Source: Candidatus Limnocylindrales bacterium
GTDB lineage: Bacteria; Chloroflexota; Limnocylindria; Limnocylindrales; CSP1-4
Length of the DNA: 64,000 bases
Direction: 5' to 3'
NCBI GenBank assembly: GCA_036002525.1
Contig: DASYTG010000031.1
Coordinates: 13,994 to 77,993 of the forward strand
Shown here: positions 49,268-57,862 of the stretch, piece by piece
Position numbering within the stretch: the first letter of the stretch is position 1
Layout of the letters: the number at the start of each line of letters is the position of its first letter
The notes under the pieces: generated by a model
Database searches by the model: none
The model's input: the letters and a program-made list of their open reading frames with translations, nothing else
Told to the model about the DNA's origin: nothing
Translations under genes and position numbers: made by a program

Positions 49268-50524
49268 TCAGGGTCGCCGTCCCCGCCCGCCGGCCCGCGG
49301 CCGGCTCCGGATCGGCTTCGCGTGAAGCGGCCCCTCGTGGCGCGGTCGCTCGTGGCCGAGCGGGCGCGGCTGGGCGTCCCGGGAGGGGACGAACCCGTCC
49401 TCGACCGTCCACGGGATCGCCAGGCGGAGCAGCCGCTGGATGCCGCGCAGGAGATCGGCCTCGTCGATCGTCACGAGGCTGATCGCGTCGCCGGTCAGGC
49501 CGGCACGCCCGGTTCGGCCGATCCGGTGGATGTAGTCCTGCGGGTTCCACGGCAGCTCGAAGTTGACGACGTGCGGCAGCTCCTCGATGTCGAGCCCGCG
49601 GGCCGCGACGTCGGTGGCCACCAGGACCCGGACCTCGCCGTTCTTGAAACCTTCGAGCGCCCGCGTTCGCTCGGGCTGCGTCCGGTCCGAGTGGATCGCG
49701 ACGGCGCCGAGGCCCTGCCGGTCGAGGATCGTGGCGAGGCGGGACGCGGCGAGCTTGGTCCGGGTGAAGACGAGGACCTGGCGGAGGTCCTCCTTGCGGA
49801 TGAGGTGGGCGAGCAGCTCCTCCTTCCGCTCCCGGTCGACCGGGTACACGAGCTGGCGGATCCCCTCGACCGTCGTATTGCGCGGCGCCACCTCGACGGT
49901 CTCGGGATCGCGCAGGATCGTCGCCGCGAGACGCCGGATCTCGTCGGAGAAGGTCGCCGAGAACATGAGGTTCTGGCGCTTCTTCGGAAGGAGGTCGAGG
50001 ATCCGCCGGATGTCCGGCAGGAAGCCCATGTCGAGCATCCGGTCGGCCTCGTCCAGGACGAGGATCTCGACCTGCCCGAGGGCGACCGTCCGTTGACCGA
50101 CGTGGTCGAGCAGGCGGCCAGGCGTCGCGACGAGGATCTCGACTCCCGCCCGGAGCGCCTTGATCTGGGGCTCGATCGGAACGCCGCCGAAGACAACCGT
50201 CGGGCGAAGCGGAACCGTCCGACCGTACGTCCGGACGCTCTCGTCGACCTGCATCGCGAGCTCCCGGGTCGGGACGAGGATCAGAGCCCGAACGGGGTGG
50301 CGAGCCGGCGAGAAGCTCGTGTTCGCGTGGTGCCGCAGGCGGTCGAGGATAGGCAGGACGAAGGCGGCGGTCTTGCCGGTTCCGGTCTGGGCTGCCGCGA
50401 GGACGTCCCGGCCGGCGAGAACGAGCGGAACCGCCGCGGACTGGACGGGCGTCGGCTCCTCGTAGCCCTCCTCGGCGACCGTGGCGAGGAGGTCGGGCGA
50501 CAGACCGAGCGAATCGAAGGTCAA
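49268..50524 (-). CDS. DEAD-box ATP-dependent RNA helicase (RhlE-like)
   Basis: Motifs seen are the Q motif, [21 protein letters not shown] and [12 protein letters not shown] start with a GGGAGAA RBS is proposed, and the start is uncertain. Confidence 0.9.
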   Translation of the reverse strand: MTFDSLGLSPDLLATVAEEGYEEPTPVQSAAVPLVLAGRDVLAAAQTGTGKTAAFVLPILDRLRHHANTSFSPARHPVRALILVPTRELAMQVDESVRTYGRTVPLRPTVVFGGVPIEPQIKALRAGVEILVATPGRLLDHVGQRTVALGQVEILVLDEADRMLDMGFLPDIRRILDLLPKKRQNLMFSATFSDEIRRLAATILRDPETVEVAPRNTTVEGIRQLVYPVDRERKEELLAHLIRKEDLRQVLVFTRTKLAASRLATILDRQGLGAVAIHSDRTQPERTRALEGFKNGEVRVLVATDVAARGLDIEELPHVVNFELPWNPQDYIHRIGRTGRAGLTGDAISLVTIDEADLLRGIQRLLRLAIPWTVEDGFVPSRDAQPRPLGHERPRHEGPLHAKPIRSRPRAGGRGRRP

Positions 50525-50670
50525 GCGTTCTCCCTGGGCTTCCCGCGCCGGCGTGGCAAACCGGCCGGTGACCGGTCCACGGCCGATGGCACGGGCGAGA
50601 CGGACGGCCGGAGGATAGCCGAAAACAGGCGGGCCGCCGCGTCCGCCCGAGGGTCGTACCATCGACCGCG

Positions 50671-51171
50671 ATGGCCGCCCGAGGAACCCCCGCGATCGAC
50701 GCGCTTCGCCGGGCGGGGGTCGCCTACACGGTGCACGAGTACCTCGCCGGCCTGACCGACCCCCGCGGCCACGACCGGAAGGCCTGGGGGGAAGAGGCCG
50801 CTGCGGCACTCGGGGTCAGCCCGGAACGTGTCTTCAAGACGCTCGTCGCCGAGCTCGACGGCAGGCTCGTCGCCGCCCTCGTCCCGGTCCCCCGCGACCT
50901 CGACCTCAAGCGCCTCGCCGAGACGCTCGGTGGGCGGCGAGCCGTGCTGGCGGCACCGGCCGCGGCCGAGCGCGCGAGCGGGTCGGTCGTCGGCGGGATC
51001 AGCCCGCTCGGGATGCGGCGTCCGCTCCCGACCGTCGTCGACGCGTCGGCGTCCGAGCACAAGACGGTCTTCGTGAGCGCAGGGCGGCGCGGACTCCAGC
51101 TCGAGCTCGCCGCGGCTGACCTCGTCCGGCTGACGGACGCGAGGGTGGCGCCGGTCGCGAGGTCCCGCTAA
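50671..51171 (+). CDS. ybaK: Cys-tRNA(Pro)/Cys-tRNA(Cys) deacylase YbaK
   Basis: Motifs seen are [13 protein letters not shown] and [13 protein letters not shown]. Confidence 0.85.
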   Translation: MAARGTPAIDALRRAGVAYTVHEYLAGLTDPRGHDRKAWGEEAAAALGVSPERVFKTLVAELDGRLVAALVPVPRDLDLKRLAETLGGRRAVLAAPAAAERASGSVVGGISPLGMRRPLPTVVDASASEHKTVFVSAGRRGLQLELAAADLVRLTDARVAPVARSR

Positions 51172-51194
51172 GTCCAGCGCCGCCCAACAATATT

Positions 51195-51314
51195 TGCCAT
51201 ACGCCCGCCGCCTGCGCGTCAGGTCGGCCCTGAGGGGCCTCTCAACCCCACGGCCCGTTCTTTCCTGCCATACGCCCGCCGGGTGCGCGTTAGGTCGCGA
51301 CTGAGGCGGCCTCT
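51195..51314. repeat. two copies of a ~49-nt direct repeat with 71-nt period, plus a degenerate third copy near 51476
   Basis: The two copies are tgccatacgcccgccgcctgcgcgtcaggtcggccctgaggggcctct and tgccatacgcccgccgggtgcgcgttaggtcgcgactgaggcggcctct. About 42 of 49 aligned columns are identical by eye. Confidence 0.7.
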
Positions 51315-51552
51315 GGGCCGAGATTCGACGCGATGTAGACGCGCGCGGCCTAATGGTTGGCGTCGAATCGGTCCCGGGGACCTGAGCGGGCCCGCTAACG
51401 CTTACCCGGTGAGCAATTGACAGGAATCGGCCACCGGTCGGCCCGCCAGCGCCCTCTGGGAAGGTACTCCGCCACCACGCGTCAGGCGGCTAACACGGGG
51501 CTGTGCAAGAACGACGGGCGCCCAGGCAGGGCCCACAAAGTGACCTGGAGAC

Positions 51553-51582
51553 TTGACAAAGTGAAAGGCGAGTTGCTATAAC
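51553..51582 (+). promoter_or_regulatory. sigma-70-like promoter TTGACA-N18-TATAAC
   Basis: Near-consensus hexamers lie about 45 nt upstream of the DUF2089 ATG, in a locally AT-richer stretch. Confidence 0.45.
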
Positions 51583-51626
51583 AGCACCTGACACCTTACA
51601 GTAAGCAACGGGCTCAAACTCCGCCG

Positions 51627-52049
51627 ATGCCGCACGACGTCATCTCCACCTGTCCCGTCTGCGCGGGCGAGCTCGCGGTCACCCGGTTGCGCTGCCGCAG
51701 CTGCGGGACCACGCTCGAGGGCGACTTCACGGTCGGCCGGTTCGGCCGGCTCAACCGGGACCAGGTCGCGCTCCTCGAGAGCTTCCTCCGGTCGCGCGGG
51801 AACCTGCGCGATATGGAGCGCGAGCTCGGGATCTCGTATCCCACCGTCCGATCCCGGGTCGAGGCGCTCATCCGGGCCCTCGGCTTCGGGCCGCGGTACG
51901 GCGAACCGGCGGAGGGCGCGGACGAGGAGGGGGACGGGGCGGCCGGGCCGCCGGCGACCCGTCAGGAGATCCTCGAGCAGCTGGCACGGCACGAGATCAG
52001 CGCCGAAGCGGCCGCGACCGCAATCCGGGCGCTGGGGAGGAACCGCTGA
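51627..52049 (+). CDS. DUF2089 family protein (zinc ribbon + HTH)
   Basis: The zinc ribbon is CPVC...CRSC. LLESFLRSRGNLRDMERELGISYPTVRSRV is HTH-like. Confidence 0.8.
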   Translation: MPHDVISTCPVCAGELAVTRLRCRSCGTTLEGDFTVGRFGRLNRDQVALLESFLRSRGNLRDMERELGISYPTVRSRVEALIRALGFGPRYGEPAEGADEEGDGAAGPPATRQEILEQLARHEISAEAAATAIRALGRNR

Positions 52050-52050
52050 C

Positions 52051-53049
52051 ATGACCACTTCACTCGGCCCCGACGTCGTCGAGCACGTCATCGGACTCAC
52101 CGGCGAGCTCTCGGTCCGCCTTCCAGCCGGCAGCGTGGAGCTGCGAGGCACGGACGGCGACGCGGCCCGCATTCGCGACCTCGATGGCCAGCCGCTGGAA
52201 GACCGCTTCCAGATCGACCGCGAGCCGAACAGGCTGGCGGTCCGGCTGCGCGACGGGTTTCACATCGACTTCGGCGGCCTGCTCCGCGGCGACATGCGTC
52301 GAGCGAGCGCACGGCTCGAAGTCGAGCTCCCGCACGGCGCCAGCGTCCACGTCGACTGTGCCAGCGCGGAGATCGCGGCCTCCAGGCTGAGAGGAGAGCA
52401 GCGCTACCGCTCGGCGTCCGGATCGATCCGGCTCACCGCGGTCACCGGCAGCGTGAACGCCGAGAGCGTGTCCGGCGAGGTCGACATCGAGGCGGACGGG
52501 GAGCTGCGGCTCGCCGGCCGGTCCGTGTCAGGTGACATCAGCCTGCGCGGGGGGCGCCTGCCGTCGATGGTCCTCGCGTCGACCAGTGGGGACATCGAGA
52601 TCGACGCCGTCCTCGACGGGTCGGGCCCGTACGGCATCCAGACGGTGAGCGGCGACGTCGAGGTCCAGGCCCATGGCGGCATCCGGGTCGAGGGGAAGAC
52701 GGTCACCGGACAGATCACCAGCCGGGCCCAGCATCGAGCCGAATCGCGGCGGGGCCAGCACCACGTCGTCGTTGGCGACGGGCGTGCCCTCCTGACCTTC
52801 AAGTCGATCTCCGGAGACCTCCGGATCTCCGATCCCACGTCGGCCTCGGGCGTTGCCGTCTCCCCGGCCGCGCCCGAGCCGCCGGCTCCCATGGCGCCGC
52901 AACCGCCGCAGCCATCCAGCCCGCCCGACGGGCCCGATGCGCACGAGACCGATCGACTCGCGATCCTGCGCGACCTCGAGAACGGCGCGATCGACGTCGC
53001 CGAGGCGGGCCAACGCCTTGCGGCGCTCGAAGGCGAGTCGAATGGCTGA
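52051..53049 (+). CDS. DUF4097 (LiaG/YvlB-like putative adhesin beta-helix) protein with Pro-rich linker and SHOCT-like C-terminus
   Basis: Repeated SG(D/E/S)(I/V) rungs are present (SGSIRL, SGEVDI, SGDISL, SGDIEI, SGDVEV, SGDLRI). It starts 1 nt after the upstream stop. Confidence 0.75.
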   Translation: MTTSLGPDVVEHVIGLTGELSVRLPAGSVELRGTDGDAARIRDLDGQPLEDRFQIDREPNRLAVRLRDGFHIDFGGLLRGDMRRASARLEVELPHGASVHVDCASAEIAASRLRGEQRYRSASGSIRLTAVTGSVNAESVSGEVDIEADGELRLAGRSVSGDISLRGGRLPSMVLASTSGDIEIDAVLDGSGPYGIQTVSGDVEVQAHGGIRVEGKTVTGQITSRAQHRAESRRGQHHVVVGDGRALLTFKSISGDLRISDPTSASGVAVSPAAPEPPAPMAPQPPQPSSPPDGPDAHETDRLAILRDLENGAIDVAEAGQRLAALEGESNG

Positions 53050-53419
53050 CCCGCTCGACCAGGTTCTCCGGCTCGTCGCCGAGGGCCGCCTGACCGCCGA
53101 GGAGGCGGGGCCGATCCTCGACGCACTCGAGGGCCGGCACGGCGCCGCCAATGCCAACGACAGCGATCTCGACGCGAGCACCGGCTCGCCATCCGGGCCG
53201 GGCGCCCGGTTCGCCCGGATCGAGGTACGCGAGTCGGGCCGAAAGGCGGTCGACCTGCGGATCCCCCTGTCGCTCGGCCGGATGGCGATGTCCGCGATCC
53301 CCGGTCTCGCCGGACCCCACGCCGCACAGCTCAACGAAGCGATCGCCCAGGGCGTCCGCGGCGCAATCCTCGACACCTCGGACGAGGACGGGGACGGCGT
53401 GCGGATCGTCCTCGAGTGA
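53042..53419 (+). CDS. SHOCT-like domain protein
   Basis: The ATG overlaps the upstream stop (ATGGCTGA). The N-terminus reads VLRLVAEGRLTAEEAGPILDAL. Confidence 0.6.
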   Translation: MADPLDQVLRLVAEGRLTAEEAGPILDALEGRHGAANANDSDLDASTGSPSGPGARFARIEVRESGRKAVDLRIPLSLGRMAMSAIPGLAGPHAAQLNEAIAQGVRGAILDTSDEDGDGVRIVLE

Positions 53420-53432
53420 CCAGACGAAAGGT

Positions 53433-53645
53433 ATGACGATGGATCCCCGCTACGCCGCTGTCGACGGCCGCATCGACGACATCCGCCGCCTGTCGGCCGA
53501 GCTCCACATCGAGCGAGAGGTCAGCGAGGCGAGGCGCTCCCGCCGCGGCGGCCTCCGCCACGCTCTCGGGCTCAGGTTCGTGGCCCTCGGCGCAACGCTC
53601 CTCGGCGAGCTGGATGGCCCGGCCCAGGCCGCTGCTCGCCGTTGA
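53433..53645 (+). CDS. small Arg-rich helical protein with hydrophobic C-terminal segment (70 aa)
   Basis: GAAAGG RBS is present. The gene is the last of the operon and is followed by a strong hairpin. Confidence 0.45.
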   Translation: MTMDPRYAAVDGRIDDIRRLSAELHIEREVSEARRSRRGGLRHALGLRFVALGATLLGELDGPAQAAARR

Positions 53646-53653
53646 ACATGAAA

Positions 53654-53679
53654 GACCCACGCCCGACCGGGCGTGGGTC
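53654..53679. terminator. 11-bp perfect GC-rich hairpin (GACCCACGCCC-gacc-GGGCGTGGGTC), bidirectional terminator candidate
   Basis: Read directly from the sequence. On the minus strand it is followed by TTTCATGTT. It lies between two convergent small genes. Confidence 0.5.
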
Positions 53680-53738
53680 CGTTCAGCTGTCGACGGTGAT
53701 CCGTCAGCGCGGGCGCGGGGCGCCTCGCCGCTCCCGGA

Positions 53739-53909
53739 TCACCCGGATCTGCCCGCGCGGGTATCGGTGCTGATGTTGCCCGCTCGGGGCTTGGTGGCGA
53801 GGTTGCTCGAGCCACGCGACTGATCCGCGGTCGCCGGCAGCGTTGGCGCCCTGTGAAGGCCCCAGGCGCTCCGTCCGGTCAGGTGCTCCGGATTGCGGTG
53901 GTCCGTCAT
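53739..53909 (-). CDS. 56-aa hydrophilic protein
   Basis: GAGGTG lies 6 nt before the ATG. Third-position GC is high in this frame. The translation is MTDHRNPEHLTGRSAWGLHRAPTLPATADQSRGSSNLATKPRAGNISTDTRAGRSG. Confidence 0.4.
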   Translation of the reverse strand: MTDHRNPEHLTGRSAWGLHRAPTLPATADQSRGSSNLATKPRAGNISTDTRAGRSG

Positions 53910-54051
53910 GCTCGGCACCTCTTGACCCCCGAATCCTACCCCTCTCGGCGCCGCCGGTCCACCCCCGAAACGCGACTTGACGCTTCTCGCTCCGGTCCGA
54001 ACCTGTCGCCAGCTGGGAACACCCTCGCCTCGACGAAGCCTCGGGGCTACC

Positions 54052-54657
54052 ATGCGCGGCATGGCGACGACGATCCCCGAGAGCCTCCCGTTCACCGGCG
54101 ACCCGGAGGCCGACGCGCTCATTGCCCGCGACCCGCTCGCGCTCCTCATCGGCTTCACCCTCGACCAGCAAGTCCCCGTCCAGAAGGCCTTCTCCGGGCC
54201 GCTCGAGCTGCGCCGCCGGCTTGGCCACCTCGATTGCGCGAAGATCGCCGCCATCGATCCGGCCGAGCTGGCCGAGATCTTCCAGCGTCGACCGGCGCTC
54301 CATCGCTTCCCCGGCGCGATGGCCGGTCGGGTCCAGGTGCTGTGCGCCACGATCACCTCGCAATACGATGGCGACGCGTCACGCATCTGGGGCGAGGCGA
54401 AGGATGGGCGCGATCTCGAGCGCCGGCTGCTCGCCCTGCCAGGCGTCGGTGACATGAAGGCGAAGACGCTCATCGCGGTCCTCGGCAAGCGATTCGGCGT
54501 CCGGCCGCCCGGCTGGGAGGACGTCGCTCCGAAGCACCCGACGCTCGGCGACGTCGACTCGGCCGAGGCGCTGGCGCACTATCAGGCCGGCAAGCGCGCG
54601 AAGAAGGCGGCGCTCCGGGCGGAGGCGGGGCGCGGGGGCAAGTCCCGGTCCCGCTAG
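54052..54657 (+). CDS. HhH-GPD-type base-excision DNA repair protein
   Basis: LLALPGVGDMKAKTLIAVL is a helix-hairpin-helix motif. The C-terminal tail is Lys/Arg-rich. Confidence 0.75.
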   Translation: MRGMATTIPESLPFTGDPEADALIARDPLALLIGFTLDQQVPVQKAFSGPLELRRRLGHLDCAKIAAIDPAELAEIFQRRPALHRFPGAMAGRVQVLCATITSQYDGDASRIWGEAKDGRDLERRLLALPGVGDMKAKTLIAVLGKRFGVRPPGWEDVAPKHPTLGDVDSAEALAHYQAGKRAKKAALRAEAGRGGKSRSR

Positions 54658-54670
54658 CCCGGGCACGCCG

Positions 54671-55162
54671 ATGTCGTACGAGGTCCCGCGCGGCCCCATC
54701 CGGCGGTCGCGCCGACCGATCCTCGTCCCGCCGCTCATCGGGGTCGCCGTCGTGGTCGCGGCCTGGCTCAGTGGGCCGATCCCCGCCCGGCTCTCCGCTC
54801 CGGCCGAGAGCCCCGCTCCCGCGACGGCCGCCCCGCTCGATTCGGCCCTCACTTCCTGCCCGGAGCTCCGCCCGCTGGCGTGCCGCGACACGATCCGGGC
54901 GGCGCAGCTTGTCCTCGAGCCGGGCTTCGCGCCGATTGCTTCGGCGACCGCCTGGCGAAGCCTGATGTGCGGCGACGACTTCGACTGCCCGCGAGGGACA
55001 CTCGACGGTGCCCGGCCGGCCGGCAGCGTCGTCTTCACGTTCACCGACGGAAGCTCAGCAGCGGTCAACGTCCTGTGGGTCGACGTGTCCTCGCGCCGAT
55101 TCGAGGACGGGACGGAGCGGCTCCGAGCCTACGTCGTGCGGTGGTTCGCGGCGGGCTCCTGA
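54671..55162 (+). CDS. membrane-anchored hypothetical protein with four Cys
   Basis: An N-terminal TM segment (ILVPPLIGVAVVVAAWL) is followed by a globular part. Confidence 0.55.
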   Translation: MSYEVPRGPIRRSRRPILVPPLIGVAVVVAAWLSGPIPARLSAPAESPAPATAAPLDSALTSCPELRPLACRDTIRAAQLVLEPGFAPIASATAWRSLMCGDDFDCPRGTLDGARPAGSVVFTFTDGSSAAVNVLWVDVSSRRFEDGTERLRAYVVRWFAAGS

Positions 55163-56085
55163 CCCGACCCGCCGAGCAGCTCGCCCGGCGCAAGCGGAAA
55201 TGCCAGCTGCTCGGGGTCCGGCGGCGGCGTGAGTCGGATCGTCCGCCGGTCGGCGACATCGTGCTGGCGGACGAGCTCGCGGACGGTTCGCCGGACAGGC
55301 TCGGACTCGTCCTTCGCCAGGTAGGCTCGCCCACGGTACAGCCGCTCGTAGGCGGGCAGCAGGGCCGGCCAGTCCCGCCCGAGGTGCTCGAGGAAGTGCT
55401 CCCTCGTACCCGGCTGGAGGTAGAGGAGGTTCGCCCAGACACCCGTCGCGCCGGCGTCCCGTGCCGCCCGGACGACGTCGGCGAGCAGGTCCGGCCGATC
55501 CGAGAGCCCCGGCAGGATCGGGGCCATCCCGACCCCGACATCGAGGCCCGCATCGACGAGGCGGCGCAGGACCCGGAGGCGCTGGCGCGGTGGCGCGGTG
55601 CCCGGCTCGGTGAGGCGCCAGATCCCATGGTCGAGGGTCGGGATCGAGAACGTGATCGAGACCTTGGCCCTCCGGGCGGCTTCGCCGAGAACGTCGAGGT
55701 CGCGGACGATCAGCGGGCCGCGGGTGATGATGTGGAACGGCGTCCGATGGGCTGACAGTCGTTCCAGGCAGGCTCGGGTTAGGCGATACCTGCCCTCGGC
55801 CGGCTGGTACGGATCGGTCGCCGAGCCGATCGCCACGAGCTCGCGCTTCCAGCTCCTCCGCGACAGCTCCCGGTCGAGAACCTCGGCGACGTTCGTCTTC
55901 ACCCGGATCGAGGCGCCGTAGCGGTCATCCGACGGCCGGTCCGCCCGACGCTCGAACGCCCGGACGAAGCAGAACGTGCACTGGTGGGCGCAGCCCGTGT
56001 ACGGGTTGAGGGACCACCTGAAATGCATCCCGGTGACGCGGTTCAACGCCGACTTGCAGGGCTCCTCGCGGTATACGGGGCTCAT
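55129..56085 (-). CDS. radical SAM protein, Rv2578c/SplB-like (COG1533 DNA-repair-photolyase-like)
   Basis: LNPYTGCAHQCTFCF is the CxxxCxxC motif. No SD sequence is present, and a -10-like TATTAT lies 6 nt before the ATG. Confidence 0.85.
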   Translation of the reverse strand: MSPVYREEPCKSALNRVTGMHFRWSLNPYTGCAHQCTFCFVRAFERRADRPSDDRYGASIRVKTNVAEVLDRELSRRSWKRELVAIGSATDPYQPAEGRYRLTRACLERLSAHRTPFHIITRGPLIVRDLDVLGEAARRAKVSITFSIPTLDHGIWRLTEPGTAPPRQRLRVLRRLVDAGLDVGVGMAPILPGLSDRPDLLADVVRAARDAGATGVWANLLYLQPGTREHFLEHLGRDWPALLPAYERLYRGRAYLAKDESEPVRRTVRELVRQHDVADRRTIRLTPPPDPEQLAFPLAPGELLGGSGQEPAANHRTT

Positions 56086-56095
56086 CGGGGGATAA

Positions 56096-56111
56096 TAGAA
56101 CACCCGTTCTG
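56096..56111. promoter_or_regulatory. LexA-type SOS box TAGAAC-ACCC-GTTCTG
   Basis: The GAAC-N4-GTTC core lies at 56098-56109, directly abutting the TATTAT -10 of the radical SAM gene. Confidence 0.6.
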
Positions 56112-56181
56112 TTCGTGAGCGCCGCCCGATCGTGGCAAAATGGTTGTAGATGCAACGACCAGACCTGGACAAGGAACACCC

Positions 56182-56559
56182 ATGATCGAGGACAGGATCC
56201 GGCGGGCGCTGTCACGCGGCCACAGGATCGACATCACGACCACCGGCCGGCACTCCGGCCGGCCGCGCCGAATCGAGATCGTCTTTCACAACTTCGACGG
56301 CCCGATCTACATCTCCGGCCTCCCCCGGAGGGAGCGGCGGAGCTGGCTCGCGAACCTCGACGCCGATCCGCAGCTGACGATCCACCTCAAGGGACCGGTC
56401 AAGGCCGATCTGCCGGCCCGGGCGCGGATCATCGACGACCCGGCAGAGCGGGAAGCGATCCTCGGTCGAATCGCCCAGGTGTGGGGGCGAACAGACCTCG
56501 ACACGATGGTTCGCTGGAGCCCGCTGATCGAGGTCGAGATCGAGGGCCTGGCGGCCTGA
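56182..56559 (+). CDS. deazaflavin(F420)-dependent nitroreductase-family protein (DUF385)
   Basis: AAGGAA RBS is present. TTTGRHSGRPRRIEI is typical of DUF385. Confidence 0.8.
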   Translation: MIEDRIRRALSRGHRIDITTTGRHSGRPRRIEIVFHNFDGPIYISGLPRRERRSWLANLDADPQLTIHLKGPVKADLPARARIIDDPAEREAILGRIAQVWGRTDLDTMVRWSPLIEVEIEGLAA

Positions 56560-56669
56560 TCGATCACACCCGTGACACGTTATTCATGACGGAAAATGGC
56601 ATGTTCCTCGGGTAGTCTTCGGGGTCAGAAGAAGCGGTCGCGGTGATCGCCGAAAGCCGAGGTCCGGAG

Positions 56670-56885
56670 ATGTTGATCAGCGAGCTGGGGCGGTCGATCC
56701 AGGCGGACCGCCAGCGTGAGATCGAGGAGCGACTTCGGCAGCGCGGGTTGCTCGAGGATGCGGCGCACCAGGCAGAAGAGGCGGTCGATGGGGCCGTCCG
56801 CAGCGGGTTCTACCGCGACGGATCGAAGGCGCGCCCGGTCGGCGTTCGGCCGTCGGGCATGCCGGCCCACGGCCGCCCGCGGTAG
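56670..56885 (+). CDS. possible small Arg/Glu-rich helical protein
   Basis: Third-position GC is high. The translation begins MLISELGRSIQADRQREIEERLRQRGLL. The SD is weak and the 3' end overlaps the WYL gene tail by 76 nt. Confidence 0.3.
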   Translation: MLISELGRSIQADRQREIEERLRQRGLLEDAAHQAEEAVDGAVRSGFYRDGSKARPVGVRPSGMPAHGRPR

Positions 56886-57862
56886 GCGCCGATCTCGACT
56901 CCGGCGTATCGGTCGGCCACCTCGCGGGCCAGCCGGACGACGCTGCGGCGGGTGTCCTCGGGGCCGAGCACCTCGAGATCCGCGCCGACAGCGAGGAGCC
57001 GGGCCGGCACCTCGCCCGGCCAGTCGAGTCGGAGCCGAAGGTGCACCCAGCCGTCCGGATCGGGCTCGTCGAGCCGTTCCGCGGCCTGGACCGCGCGGCT
57101 GCCGACCTCGTCGGCCAGGCGGTCCAGGCGGTCCGGGGCGACCCGGATCGTCACGTCGACCCGCGGCGCGTCGCGCTCGTACGCCGCGCTCGACTCCGCC
57201 CAGAACGCGGCGAGGTCGAAGGACTCGGGCCGCTCGAATCGTTCGTCGAGCACCACTGCGGCGGTCACCCTGGACGCCCGATAGGTCCGAAGCTGACCGT
57301 CCGAGGCCGCGATGACGTACCAGACACCGGCCTTGAGCACGAGCCCGAGCGGCTCCAGCACCCGCTCGACCGTCTGATCGCCCCGCTCGTACGAGATGCG
57401 GAGCCGCCTCCCGGACCAGACCGCCTGCGACAGCGCGGCCAGATGGGGCACCGCCTCGCCCGCGTGGAACCAGCCGGCGGCGTCGAGGTGGAACCGCTCG
57501 ACCAAGCGTGATGCCCGCGCCCGCAGCTCGGCCGGGAGCGCGGCAAGGACCTTGAGGCGGGCAGCCGCGACCACGGTCCCGAGGCCCAGCTCGGCCGCCG
57601 GTCCCGGCAGGCCGGACAGGAACAGCGCCTCGGCCTCGTCCGGGGTCATCCCCGTCAGCCGCGTCCGGTACCCGTCGACGAGGCGAACGCCGCCATGCGG
57701 CCCGCGCTCGGCGTAGATCGGGACGCCCGACGCGCTCAGGGCCTCGACGTCGCGATGGACGGTACGGATCGAGACTTCGAGCTCGCGCGCGAGCTCTGCG
57801 GCGGTCATCCCGCCGCGGGTCTGGAGCAACAGGAGCAGGTTGACGAGACGGCTGGCGCGCAT
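56810..57862 (-). CDS. HTH-WYL-domain transcriptional regulator (YafY/PafBC-like architecture)
   Basis: The N-terminal HTH reads RLVNLLLLLQTRGGMTAAELARELEVSIRTVHRDV. The WYL core reads GVWYVIA..DG.LRTYRASRV. Confidence 0.85.
   Translation of the reverse strand: MRASRLVNLLLLLQTRGGMTAAELARELEVSIRTVHRDVEALSASGVPIYAERGPHGGVRLVDGYRTRLTGMTPDEAEALFLSGLPGPAAELGLGTVVAAARLKVLAALPAELRARASRLVERFHLDAAGWFHAGEAVPHLAALSQAVWSGRRLRISYERGDQTVERVLEPLGLVLKAGVWYVIAASDGQLRTYRASRVTAAVVLDERFERPESFDLAAFWAESSAAYERDAPRVDVTIRVAPDRLDRLADEVGSRAVQAAERLDEPDPDGWVHLRLRLDWPGEVPARLLAVGADLEVLGPEDTRRSVVRLAREVADRYAGVEIGAYRGRPWAGMPDGRTPTGRAFDPSR

Noticed and set aside
51322-51331. A GATTCGACG string resembling the 5' region of tmRNA.
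   Set aside because: There is no tRNA-like T-arm (GGTTCGAnTCC) or CCA-proximal acceptor strand downstream. The string forms a simple inverted repeat instead.
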